Source of the DNA: Octopus vulgaris
Taxonomy: Eukaryota
Direction: 5' to 3'
DNA: 64,000 bases
Assembly: GCA_951406725.2 (NCBI GenBank)
Contig: OX597817.1
Coordinates: 51,398,001-51,462,000, forward strand
Shown here: positions 1-12,849 of the stretch, one piece after another
Layout: every line of letters starts with the position of its first letter
Position numbering within the stretch: the first letter of the stretch is position 1
Notes under the pieces: model-generated
The model's database searches: none
Seen by the model: only the letters and a program-made list of their open reading frames with translations
What the model was told of the DNA's origin: nothing
Made by a program: the position numbers and the translations under genes

Positions 1-27
1 ATACATATATACATATACACATATACA

Positions 28-100
<73 letters not shown>

Positions 101-218
101 TTAACAATTAAGGATAACTTCTTAATAAGGAATCTTAACAAGAAATTATCAGGTAGTTAGCGTGAAAAACCTCATAAGAGAAAAATTCGAAAATAATTTT
201 TTTCTTTAGAACATATTA

Positions 219-423
219 ATTTATATTGTATAGAGGGCATTATTACACATAAATGCCTCACACTAAGAGGGACATAAGTCATTACTACCAAAATTTCACT
301 ATTTAAATGTCTTGCTTTGTAGAACTGCATTAGGTACGATTAGTGAAATTTTGGTAGTAATGACTTATGTCCCTCTTAGTGTGAGGCATTTATGTGTAAT
401 AATGCCCTCTATACAATATAAAT
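219..423. repeat. Perfect 83-bp inverted repeat (219-301 / 341-423), part of a (TA)n-flanked element related to 6499-6890
   Basis: ATTTATATTGTATAGAGGGC...AAATTTCACTA is the exact reverse complement of TAGTGAAATTT...GCCCTCTATACAATATAAAT. Confidence 0.9.
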
Positions 424-928
424 ATATATATATAAATATGTATATATATATATACACATATATATATATATACAAACACACGCATATATTCATATAGGTA
501 TGTATATTTATGTATATACTATGTATAAATAGATAGATAGATTGCACAGCAAAACAGATGAGCCAGTCACAAACACCGTAGAAGTTTTGATGAAACGTAT
601 AACAAGCATACAGATTCCTGTCCAACTAAAAGATTCCAAAACTCACCCCAAAGGCCAAAACAAGCCACCTTAATCACGAAATCTAAAGAAAATCACAAGG
701 TGTTTATGGAGAGTTAACAAGATTGGCGATTGAGTGCAAAGACATAATTGCCAAAATGTCGCAGAGTCAATTCTACATGGGGAAAAAATGTCGTTATCTA
801 TAATACGATGCATAATCATTTGTGTTTTTATAATTTATGGCTGTAAGATATTTATAGGGAGATAAATATTTGTATTCAACCACCGATGTTATTAGGCACA
901 AATTCGCAAATGTCTGATTTTTGCCCGT

Positions 929-971
<43 letters not shown>

Positions 972-1403
972 TGTGTGTGTATGTGTGTGTGCATAAATGA
1001 TTAAATGTATGAATGTAACTACATATGGAAATATGAGTGCATATTTTTCATATATAAATATGTATATATACTTATATATATACATATATAAATACATATA
1101 TATATATACATATATATATACACACATGTAACATTTGCTATATATACATATATATATATACATGCGCAATCACATACACACACACTCATACACATTATAT
1201 ATAAATGTGTGGTAGCGCATGGGTGCGTGTATTTGTTTGTGTATATGTATGTGTGAATGAGAGTGTATATACAGATATATATATATATATACACACATAC
1301 ATATAGACATATACATACATATATATATATAGACATATACATACATATACACATACATACATACATGCATATACATACATACATATACATATACATACAC
1401 ATA

Positions 1404-1435
<32 letters not shown>

Positions 1436-2094
1436 CATATACATACATATATATATATATATATATGCATTTGAATAGATGTTTACTTAATGAATAAGGA
1501 GGTCATGCCTCCTCAGGCATTTTCATGGATCTCATTAAATAGATTTGTCAGTTTTCCTCTTGTCTACCAAGTACAACGCTTCATCTTGTTATTTACTCAT
1601 TTGCGAATTCCCGGTTGTTTCTGGAGTTGAAATAAACACCAACAATTGTTCTACACAGCGCCATTTTCTTTTCTTTCTGTATTTACTCCCATTCAAACCC
1701 TGGGCGCTGCGTTTCCTTCTGTGTAATGATATTATTCCTTTTGAAAAGAATCCACTTGGTGACCAATTGATCGAATTATTGTCTTTTATATTTCATTTCT
1801 TACTTCTTTCAGTCATTTGACTGCAGCCATTCCGAAGCCTCGCCTCGAAAAATTTTTAGGATATTTTTTTAAGCTTAAAACATATTCTGTCAATCCCTTT
1901 TTTTAAACCGCTAAGTTACGCCCACATGTCATTCTTCCACACTCGTTATTTCCCTATCCGATAAGTCAGTGATGGCGAGACTTCGAAGTACCAGTCATTC
2001 TATATTTCTGATCTCTACACACTCATATTACATAAACACGCTTACACGCATGCACACATACGTATATACACACACACACACATACATACATACA

Positions 2095-2126
<32 letters not shown>

Positions 2127-2678
2127 AGGATAAGATTGATATTTAAATATTGATCTTATCAAGTGGCCAGCACGGGAATAAAACCTTTCAAAGGTAATAA
2201 TTATTTAAAATTATAATTTAGGGTATCTGAGAGATACCACCACGCTGATAATACCAGTCAAATCCCGAATCTAAAGCCATATATATATGTTTGTGTGTCT
2301 GTGTTTGTCCCCCTACCATCGCTTCACAACCGATGTTGGTGCGTGTATGTCCCTGTAACTTAGCAGAACTATAGAATAAGTTCCAGGTTCACAAAGCATA
2401 AGTCCTAGGAATCGATTTGTCCGACTAAATCCGTGCTCCAGCAAGGCCGTAGTCAAATGACTGAAACAAAAGAAACAATAAAAGGAAGAGAATATATATA
2501 TGAGTGCCTGTGCTCGTGTGCGCGCGTGCATTATGTGTATGTGTGTGTATGTACCGGTTGGTGCACATATACAGGTAGGTTTATATATTTTTGCGTCTCA
2601 GTCTAATTGTGGTGGTGGTGGTGTGCGCATGTATTCACGAACCCACACTTTCACGCGCATACACATACACATACATTT

Positions 2679-3030
2679 ATGTATAATGCTTGTAGATTGA
2701 ATACTTTTCAATATTTTCATAGTCTTCTAGGCTATCGCAAATACTTAGCCAGGGAAAATGATAATGATTACACTTACTACTTTGAACGCATTACTCTCTC
2801 TTCCTCTCCCGTCACTTCGCACTCTCTCTCTCACACTATATACACACACACACATGTATAATGCTTGTAGATTGAATACTTTTCAATATTTTCATAGTTT
2901 TCTATGCTAAGTCTATCGCAAACACTTAGCCAGGGAAAATGATGATTACACTTACTACTTTGAACGCATTACTCTCTCTTCCTCTCCCGCCCCTTCTCAC
3001 TCTCTCTCTTACTATACACACACACACACG
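2679..3030 (+). repeat. Tandem duplication of a ~175-bp unit
   Basis: ATGTATAATGCTTGTAGATTGAATACTTTTCAATATTTTCATAG...(CA)n occurs at ~2679 and ~2854. Confidence 0.85.
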
Positions 3031-3105
3031 CACATATATATATATATATACACACACATACACACACATATATGTGTATGTATGTATATTAACAATTTAG
3101 GTTAG

Positions 3106-4095
3106 TTGAAGTATGTTTGTCACATATTTCAGCTGCTAAAGTCAAATATACTGCAGTTATCGAGGAGAAAAAATTCTCCCGTTCGTTCAGTGTCACCCTC
3201 TCTCGAGAATCTGAGACATCGATGTTTCGAGGTTGTTGACTCTTTTCACACCTTTCTACCATAAGAGAGATTTTTTTTTCTCCACGACATCTACAGTGTA
3301 TTTGCCTTTCAGCAATTGAAGTATGTGACAAACATATTTCAGCTAAACTAAATTGGGATTATACGTAAAAACCGCTTAACGCTTTTACTCCGGTTTTTCT
3401 CTCGATCGGGAGATCTACTAGCGCACATCAGTCAATGTGTGTTGGCTGAATTATGCATAAAGCTATAAGCGTTATCAGTTCGATCAGGGTTCCTTCTGTC
3501 AGGTACATCTCATCAATAAGAGTTAATAAACTCGGCGAGCTGGTAAAAACGTTAGCACGCCGAGTGAAATGCTTAGCAGTATTTCGTCTGCCGTTACGTT
3601 CTGAGTTCAAATTCCGCCGAGGTCGACTTTGCCTTTCATCTTTTCGGGGTCGATTAAATAAGTACCAGTTACGCACTGGGGTCGATATAATCGACATAAT
3701 CCATATGTCTGTCCTTGTTTGTCTCCTCTTTGTGGGTAGTAAAGAAACAAGTATTTCGTCTGCTGTTACGTTCTGAGTTCAAATTCCGTCGCGGTTGACT
3801 TTTCCTTTCATCCTTTCGGGTCGATTAAATAAGTACCAGTTACGCACTTGGGTCGATGTAATCGACTTAATCCGTTTATCTGTCCTTTGTCTCATCTGTG
3901 TGTAGCCCCTTGTGGGCAGTAAAGAACTGAGAGTCAACAAATTCAAAACATCGATGTCTCAGATTCCCGAGAGAGGGCGACACTGAACGAACGGGCTGCT
4001 TTCACACCTTTTTACCATAAGAGAGAATTTTTTTCTCCACAGTAACTTCAGTGTATTTGCCTTTAGCATTTGAAATATGTGACAAACATACTTCA
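3106..4095. mobile_element. PLE pLTR-like element in inverted/direct fragments, with decayed hammerhead halves, interrupted by a SINE-B dimer
   Basis: 3106-3243 is the reverse complement of parts of 3946-4095; 3245-3341 repeats 4000-4095; the GAAAC-ATCGAT-GTC palindromic stem III is intact on the minus strand at ~3214-3228 and reads AAAAC-ATCGAT-GTC on the plus strand at ~3945-3958. Confidence 0.55.
3533..3926 (+). mobile_element. tRNA-derived SINE family B, dimeric copy
   Basis: GGCGAGCTGG...GTTCTGAGTTCAAATTCCGCCGAGGTCGACTTTGCC (B box GTTCAAATT); more than 10 copies in the window. Confidence 0.85.
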
Positions 4096-4437
4096 TCGTG
4101 ATTAAACTCTTTATTCCTTTCTATGGTGTTCTACTCTACTGATCATATTATTATTTTTATTATAGCCTTTATGTAAGTAAACCTCTTAATTTTGTACCCC
4201 TAGAAAATTATATTAGCTTGTATATAATAGTACCGGTAACTAAAGAACTTATAATATACCTCTTAGATTGTAATTAATATATAGTTAGCATGTTCTATCG
4301 GCCTAGTATTGTTTTAGTAAATGCCGGGGATCAGTCTTTATAGATACCACCTAATAAGTAAATAATTAAGTATATGATTAACTATTAAACTAATTCTATG
4401 TAATTTTTCTCTCCCTATTGTTGAAAATTTTGGTACA

Positions 4438-4845
4438 GGCGCAGGAGTGGCTGTGTGTTAAGTAGCTTCCTTACCAACCACATGGTTCCAGGTTCAGTCC
4501 TACTGTGTGGCACCTTGGGCAAGTGTCTTCTACTATAGACTAGGGCCAGCCAAACCCTTGTGAGTGGATTTGGTAGATGGAAACTGAAAGAAGCCCGCCG
4601 TATATGTATATATGTGTGTGTGTGCGTGTGTGTATGTATGTTTGTGTGTCTGTCTCCGCAACATCGCTTGACAACAGATGCAGGTGTGTTTACCCCCCGT
4701 AACTTAGCGTTCCGACAAAAGAGACTGATAGAATAAGTACTAAGCTTATAAATAATAAGTCATGTGGTCGATTTACTCGACTAAAGGCGGTGCTCCTTCA
4801 TGTCCGCAGTCAAATGACTGAAACAAGTAAAAGAATAAAAGAATA
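4438..4845 (+). mobile_element. tRNA-derived SINE family A, full length
   Basis: A box TGGCTGTGTG, B box GGTTCAGTCC, internal (TA)/(TG)n, tail GAAACAAGTAAAAGAATAAAAG; about 15 copies in the window. Confidence 0.9.
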
Positions 4846-5385
4846 TATTGAAAATTATTCAAAATTTATCTTTTTGGTTAAATATTTTTCTTGATAACTC
4901 TAAATTTTATCTTTAGACAATATAACAATATTGTTTAAATTAATCACCTATAGAACACCATGAAAACATTTCTTCTTTATTATCATCATTGGTTTTATTA
5001 CTATCTTGCCCCTTTAACTCGTAATTAACATCTTGATTTGACGTCTTCCACACTCCAACCTCATTATGGTCAGTTAGCTAATCTTGACAAGTTTTATGAC
5101 TATACACACTATATTCTGTCAACTCCCTCATGCCCTTTCTTAACAGAAACTGTTCTCTTAGTCTTAGATTTGATATACAAAGATTCGATAAACAAGACTA
5201 ATAAATTAAAACTGAACCAAAATCAGTGACAAGCCATGACCCAAACAGGTTCTTTTCCTGATGTCTTAGAAACTTCTAAGCTGAAGTGACAACAGCATGG
5301 ACTTTGTCTTTCTTCTCAGCCTCTTAGCGGATTTAAGTATAATTATACAAATGTGTCCAACTGGTTAAAAAAACTATTTATTTAC

Positions 5386-5468
5386 GCAGCTGAGTATAGC
5401 CCTGCATTTAAATTGATGTAATGATTGCATTGTTCAATTAAATAAGCCGCTTGAAACGGTCGTACTGC
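5386..5468 (+). ncRNA. Type I hammerhead-like motif (G8U variant)
   Basis: GCAG-CTGAGTA-T-AGC...GCT-T-GAAAC-GGTC-GTA-CTGC: stems I and III pair, core has one deviation. Confidence 0.5.
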
Positions 5469-5534
5469 ATTACCTCTGGATATCCTGTTGCTTATTTTGA
5501 TATATATATGTATACATGTGTGTGTGTGTGAGTG

Positions 5535-5586
<52 letters not shown>

Positions 5587-6452
5587 GTCTTTGAATTTTC
5601 TTTATATATTAAAATTATTTGCAACGATCCGCCAGAAACGTCGGCCGTGCTGGAGCAATCCGTTGGAGGATTTCAGTTGAATGAATGAATCTGCCAGTCT
5701 ATTTCTTCTTTTAAACTTGTTGATGCCTTTAGCAACGTCCCTATGCTATGCAGACGTCATGAAAACAACATCGGTTCTCAAGCTTTCAGGGAGACAAGAA
5801 CAAACATAAAGATAGTCACACACGGACACATATATGTATATATATACATGTGTGTGTGTGTGTGTTTGTGTGATATGTGTGTGAGTGCGTGTGCGCCCGT
5901 GCATGTGAGTGTGTGTATGTATGTATATATAAATATATATACATATATATGTATGAATGTATGTTTGTAAATGTATATTTGTGTATGTGTGCATGGGAGT
6001 ACTTCTATAACTATATGTGTTAGTATTGTTGTATAGATTCTCACAATTCCGCATCAAAATGGCTTCTCTGTCTGATGTCTATTTTTTATATTTAAGTAGA
6101 TTATACAATGCTTTTGGTAATATTGTCTGCAAACCATACTTTAAACCAGAAATCAAGAAACGTTCACAAGTTATAGATTTTTTTCTAGTTGCTATTTTTG
6201 TGACGAAATCATATCTAGTTCTTGAGTTCATACGAGTTTCCAAATGCAAGAAATTCGTTCACGCAGTCAGATACCAGTTCATTCTTTTTCTGGTTTAAAT
6301 ATGTGGCCTAAAGGAACACCTGAAGAAATATGGCATGTTATTAAAATCTGCCGAATTATTGTGCCTCTACTGTATGGAATTATCAGCAATTCTTTCGTAA
6401 ATTCTACATATATTAAATGGCTGAAATGCATTTTTACCGATAGCGGAACAGT

Positions 6453-6502
<50 letters not shown>

Positions 6503-6626
6503 ATAGAGGGCATTGTTACACATAAATGCCACACGCTAGGAGGTACTCTTAAAGTCATAACTACCAAATATAAACAAATTGTACCGAATGCAATTCTCAA
6601 AGCGAGTCATCTAAAAACAGAATTTA

Positions 6627-6690
6627 ACTCCATCTCACCTGTGATTTCGCAATTAACGCGTTATACGCGTCCCTTGCTCTTCAGTGAAGC
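6627..6690 (-). ncRNA. Type I hammerhead motif (U16.1G)
   Basis: Minus strand GCTTCA-CTGAAGA-GCAA..ACGCGTATAACGCGT..TTGC-GAAA-TCACAGGTGA-GA-TGGAGT. Confidence 0.7.
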
Positions 6691-6974
6691 GAATCCAAAA
6701 TTTATCATAAATAAACAAAAACATCATACCAGGTGGACAACCGTCGCCGTCATCGTAGCATATGGAAATGTTTACCCATCATACATTTATGTAAATGTCA
6801 GGCTCTTTTTTTTTCTCTTATGAGGTTTTTCACGCTAACTACTTGATAATTTCTTGTTAAGATTTCTTATTAAGATTTTATCCCATTTTTTATATATATA
6901 TATACACACACACACACACATACATATATATATACATATACGCACATACATACACGCACATACATACACACACG

Positions 6975-7077
<103 letters not shown>

Positions 7078-7359
7078 GTATGTATGTGTGCATGTACATT
7101 CAATTAGAGGTTAGATAAATCTCATGAAGGAATAGTAATACTCCATGAAATTTGTTGTGAATATTAATTATAATATTTATGAATAATAGGTAATTAGATA
7201 AACCAAGGTTTATATTTATTCAAGAAGAATAAGGACATGGAAATAAATCAATTAAGTATATATATTAACTGCAAAAATAAATATAATCTTTATGTTTAAT
7301 TTGCAATTAATAAATATAATTATCAATTGATTTATCAAAATTTTCCTATTTTTCTTATA

Positions 7360-8026
7360 TGGATTCTCAGAACTTTCCAGTAGAGAGATATCCACACCAT
7401 TATCCTTCTCTTCTCCACTTTTGCCCGACCCCACCTTGAATACTGTTGTCCACTGTGGTCTCCCCACACAAAACAAAGTATCATAAAAGTTGAAGCACCT
7501 CAAAGGGCAATCACAAAAAAGATAGATGGCATGACAGGCCTCGACTATTGGGGTCGACTAGAAAAGCTAAAACTTTATTCTCTCCAACGTCGCCGTGAGC
7601 GCTACATCATCTGCATGATGTGGAAAATATTCCATCAGCATTGCCCAAATGATGTTGGCATCACCTTTAAGGTACATCCAAGGCTTGGGCCCCGTGCCAT
7701 CAGCCCAAAACAAAAATCGCACTCTCATCTCATAACAACAATACGGCACAATTATTTCACCTCAATTGGCCCCGCTCTTTTTAACATTACACCAAAACAC
7801 ATTAAAACAGAAACAGACCCTATAGGGTTCAAGAAGTCTTTGGACAGATTCCTTCAAGAAATCCCGGATAAACCCTCTACACCCGGATATGTCTCTGTAA
7901 ACAATAACTCTCTACTTGAGTGGGCCATAGTGCCCAAATTCTGACTTGAAAGACTTCACCAGGTGGTGCTATTAAGTTAGACATGGCCTGGGCCAATAAT
8001 GGCCGAAACCTATCAAAGTATCAAAG

Positions 8027-8030
<4 letters not shown>
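7360..8030 (+). mobile_element. 3' end of a CR1-group LINE (ORF2 C-terminus + 3' UTR)
   Basis: LEYCCPLWSP and YWGRLEKLKLYSLQRRRER...FKKSLDRFL motifs, followed by a short (TATCAAAG)2 tail. Confidence 0.85.
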
Positions 8031-8059
<29 letters not shown>

Positions 8060-8944
8060 ACGTTTATACATATATGTGTGTGTGTCGGTATGTATATAGG
8101 TATGTATGTATGTAGGTATGTATGTAGGTATGTATGTATGTAGGTATGTATGTATGTATATATGTAGGTATGTATGTAGGTATGTATGTATGTATATATG
8201 TAGGTAGGTAGGTAGCTAGGTAGGGTAAAACGGGCTATAACAGGCATCCAGGTGAACAGACATGGAGTTAATGAAGCAGATAAATATTGGTTAGGTCTTC
8301 CACTCACTACGATATGCCTTTTTCTTCACCATTTCAACCTTTAAATTTCCTGCATCATGACTTGAAATGTTAGATATTTATTTCTCCCCCTTCAAGACGG
8401 TGGCCGGATCTACCCAATATTTGTATGCTTCCGCTACTGGCTGCTTATTTTTTGTGAACTACATCTGCCAAAATTACGAAATATTTTCGAGCCCCCAGAA
8501 ACAGCTGTCGGACGTGTAACACCGTACATTCTTTCCTTTAACACACTAAGTTTTGTGCTCTGTGTAATTCTGTTCTGTTAATGTATGCATGCATATGCGT
8601 GTGTATCTGTGTGCGCACTCAATGTTTATTTGCCGATTAGAATGCGTCTAATACCCTCTTGTGGGCAGTAAAGAAATTAGAATACATCTAATACGGTATT
8701 TTATAGTTACATAAATGATTACGTTTATTCAGCATAGCTCTGTAGTAGAATAGCAAGCGTTATTCACGATGGGCGTTTTGTGTTTCACTATTCCCTCGAT
8801 ACTAATTCTATGAGGCTTCTTTTAGTTTGTCTGGATATTTGTTGTGGGCCGTCTGTTGTGTTGTGAAATGTTTCTTTAATCAAAGCCGTATCAGCATTAA
8901 AACTATGGTAAATAATTAACAGAAAGATATGATGAAGGAAAATA

Positions 8945-9440
8945 TTTTATTATTATTAGTTATTATTACTACTAGTAGTAATATCATTGTTATTATTATT
9001 ACTTTTATTATTATTGTTATTATTATTACTTTTATTATTATTGTTATTATTATTACTTTTACTATTATTATTATTATTATTATTATTACTTTTATTTTTA
9101 TTATTATTATTACTTTTATTTCAATTATTATTATTACTATTATTATTACTTTTATTTCAATTATCATTATTACTATTATTATTTTTATTTTTACTACTAC
9201 TATTATTATTGTTATTACTTTTATTATTATTACTTTTATTATTATTACTTTTATTATTATTATTATTATTTTTATTATTATTGCTTTTATTATTATTATT
9301 ATTATTGCTTTTATTATTATTATTATTATTACTTTTATTATTATTATCATTATTATTACTTTTATTATTATTATTACTTTTATTATTATCATTATTATTA
9401 TTATTATTATTATTATTACTTTTATTATTATTATTATTAA

Positions 9441-9476
<36 letters not shown>

Positions 9477-9524
9477 TTTTATTGTTATTATTACTTTTAT
9501 TATTAGTTTTATAATTATTATTAC

Positions 9525-9596
<72 letters not shown>

Positions 9597-9620
9597 TTTT
9601 ATTATTATTATTATTACTAT
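8945..9620. repeat. Interrupted (ATT)n microsatellite with recurrent ACTTTT spacers
   Basis: Direct reading; source of the poly-I/L/N ORFs. Confidence 0.95.
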
Positions 9621-9629
9621 CAGTGTTTA

Positions 9630-10120
9630 ACTTGTTCAAATTTCTATGGAGAGAAAATTTTGCGTTGCAGTTGTTTCTTATGGAGTTATTCCCATAGATC
9701 CAGTTATTGTCGAAAATCAAATTTTCAATAGACAACATGAAAAACAACTATACAATCAAAGCAAAAAAATAAATTTTATAATAGAAAGATCTTTCACACC
9801 TGAATGAAATTTACAAGAAATGTCCTCTTTGAAAATATCAACTGGTATTACCAATAAAGAAATGGAAATAACGACAAAGGAACGCACCTGGAATCAAAGA
9901 ATTCTTCAAGAAAAGCTAATCATTAAATAAACAAAATTCCGTCTTTTCCAGCAGCCATAACATCTAATTTGAAAGCAAAAATAAATGGCAGCACCGAGAG
10001 CAGTGTTGTAGAATATTTTGGTAAAAAGGCAATGCATGCAACTCGACCGCAACGGAATATAATTTCCAAAACAAGTGCAATATCTGAAGAACTGCACAAC
10101 TTTTTATCAAATCACGAAAA
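9630..10120 (+). pseudogene. Possible highly decayed non-LTR (RTE-like) ORF2 C-terminal remnant
   Basis: A-rich strand with fragmentary motifs resembling LINE C-termini (..AAPRA..RPQ..); many stops. Confidence 0.3.
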
Positions 10121-10197
10121 AGCTAAAATATGTCTCGCCCAATTTTGAGTGTATTTTCCAGACTTTCATGAGATATATTATTTCAAGTTGGCTATAT

Positions 10198-10519
10198 GAA
10201 GGCGCGTTGCTCAGTGATTAGAATATTCAACTCACGATTGTAAGACCGTGATTTCAATTCCCGGCGATGCGTTGATTCCTTGAGCAAGACACTTTATTTC
10301 ACGTTGCTCCTGTCCATTCAGCTGGCAAAAATGAGTTGTACCAGTAATTCAAAGGGCCAGCCTTGTCATACTCTGTGCCACGCCGAATCTTCCTGAGAAC
10401 TACGTTAGTGATACACGTATCTGTGGAGTTCTCGGCCACTTGAACATTAATTTCACGAGTAAGCTGTTCTGGTGATCGGATCAGCTGGGACTTTCACCGT
10501 CTAACCGACAGAGTGCTCC
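10198..10519 (+). mobile_element. tRNA-derived SINE family C, diverged
   Basis: Head and body align with 48601-48956. Confidence 0.75.
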
Positions 10520-11239
10520 AGCTGGTCATAAACAAAATTAAGAATATCAGTATTCTAAACTCTAGAAATATTTTTTTATAATTTGCGTTGATTTGATTAT
10601 TAGATAGGCACAAATAAGTGATGTATACTCTATATTACCGACGCTGGATGAATGAAAGATAAAATTGAGATGAGACGGATTTGATCTCAGCTTGCAAAAT
10701 TTTTGAACGAATATCACGTGATATATAACCGATGCGCTAACTAACCTGCCAATTCACAAAACATAAGCAATATAAATATTGGTTTCAAAATTTGGTAGCA
10801 AGCATGAGGTTTCGGGGGAGGGGATAAGTCGCTTGCATCGACCACAGTTTTACTCATACTTATTTTATAGATTTCGAAATTTTGAAAGATTAAGTCAACA
10901 TCGGTGGAATTTGAATTCAGAAAATAAAGACTGACGAAATGCCGCTAAATATTCGACCTACTCACCACCTTAAAGCAACCCAATATAATTAACATTTGTA
11001 ATGTTAACCTAAAACATGTCCCAAAATAAATACTTCCTCACTAATATGTAGTCTCTTCAGGAGATTTATTTAATCATTTATACGCCATGATAACAGATAC
11101 TATATGTTCTATTGATCTGCGTAGTGATCTTCTGCAACAAGAATATTATTCCAAAATCATTTACGACTCCAAAAGAAGAAAAGCTCATTAAAAACCAAAA
11201 GGAGACAATATCCACATAGCTTTTTATTTGTCTTCATCA

Positions 11240-11444
11240 CAGTATTGCGGTAATGCTGGGGCACCACCTTAAAGGTTTTCGATATAATAAACCACCCTAT
11301 TACTTACTTTCTGTTTTTGAACGCTGTGACTCACTCTATTAATCTCTTTCCAAAAATGGTAGGTCATGGGGTGTAAACAAACCGACACTAGTTGTCTGGC
11401 GGAGAGGAAACCGACACAAACACAAGGGTATAACACGTATATAA

Positions 11445-11486
<42 letters not shown>

Positions 11487-11680
11487 ATGTATGTATGTAT
11501 GTAGGTATGTATGTATTGTATATATATATATATATATATATATACACGAGGAGTTTCTGTTAGCTTTCCGCTCACGTGGCTTTAGTAGGCTGTAGTGGAA
11601 GATACTTGGTGAACGTGCTAGGCAGTGAGACTGAACATCAGACCATGAGTTTAGAAAGTTAGCTTCTTACAACCATGTCT
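11240..11680 (-). mobile_element. SINE family A, diverged
   Basis: Reverse-complement similarity to 4438-4845. Confidence 0.65.
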
Positions 11681-12262
11681 AGGAACACAGAAACTAGTAA
11701 CAAACATATTTAATAACCTATTAAGTGATCCCGATACACGATCTGAGACAAAAAAAAACGTACATTTTAAATCGCAAAATCTCAAGAAAATATCGAACGT
11801 AATTTTATGGCACTTAAGCACCCGCCCAACAAATTTCAAAGCCTTAATTGTAAAAATATTGCAGTAAATCGGCTATTCTTTAGATAATATTTTATCCTTA
11901 TCAATACTTAATCTTTCTCTTTTTATCTTTTGGGTTCTAAAAGTAGATAAAAAAAGAGATAAATATTTCTAGCGAACCATTTAGGTTTTATATGTATTTA
12001 TATACATGTATGTGTGGGTGGGTGCGTTTGTGTGTGTGTGTGTGTGTGTATGCACGTTGGTATACACACTCTGATTAAATTTTCAATGTGTTAACTTGTA
12101 CCTCCTTTCGACAAAGTAAACTTTCATTTAATAAAGGTATTCATCGCTTTAAGAGTAGCCTCCGGTATAGAGCTCGTTCGATATTTACCACTTCTGAGGT
12201 TCCGCTCGCTATGAAACATATGTAGCGAGCATCTTATCATCTCCATTCCTTAATTCTTGCAT

Positions 12263-12311
<49 letters not shown>

Positions 12312-12669
12312 AGAACAAGGTGTACGTATGCCACTATATATATATATAATACAAAATGGGACAAAAACGCAAAACATCCGAACAACTAGGTGATACAAAA
12401 AAGGACAACAAAACATCCAGATAAACGATATAAAAATATACGGACGGGTCATTCGAAGCCTTTTATCTTCAGTCAAGAACCGGATCATCCTCGCAATTTC
12501 GGTGGATTAATCTTGAGATTGCTCCAATTTGGCCACCCCAAGGAAAAACTAAGCTAAGAGCATTAGATTCCGTGAAAAAATGCATCGAATGTATACGAAA
12601 CAAGGACGGAAAAACAGACGATGTTACACGAATATAAAAAGAAAAATACAATAAAAAACAATAAAAAAC

Positions 12670-12755
<86 letters not shown>

Positions 12756-12849
12756 TAATAATAATAATAACAACAACAGGACATAAAAAAGGCGTCTTTC
12801 GACTGGGGACGAATTGAATTCAGCTGGCGTGATTGTTTTTTCTCACCAC

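Noticed and set aside
6316-6365. CTGAAGA...GGCA/TGCC-GAAT hammerhead-like string
   Set aside because: GAAT instead of GAAA, 5 extra nt before stem II, and no proper stem III
7984-8012. GGCC...GGCCGAAAC resembling a hammerhead half
   Set aside because: No CUGANGA box upstream; better explained as the LINE 3' stem-loop
8916-9747. Poly-Ile/Leu/Asn ORFs
   Set aside because: (ATT)n microsatellite artefact
12440-12476. Minus-strand CTGAAGA...CGAATGACCCGTC
   Set aside because: No convincing stem II and no GAAA box
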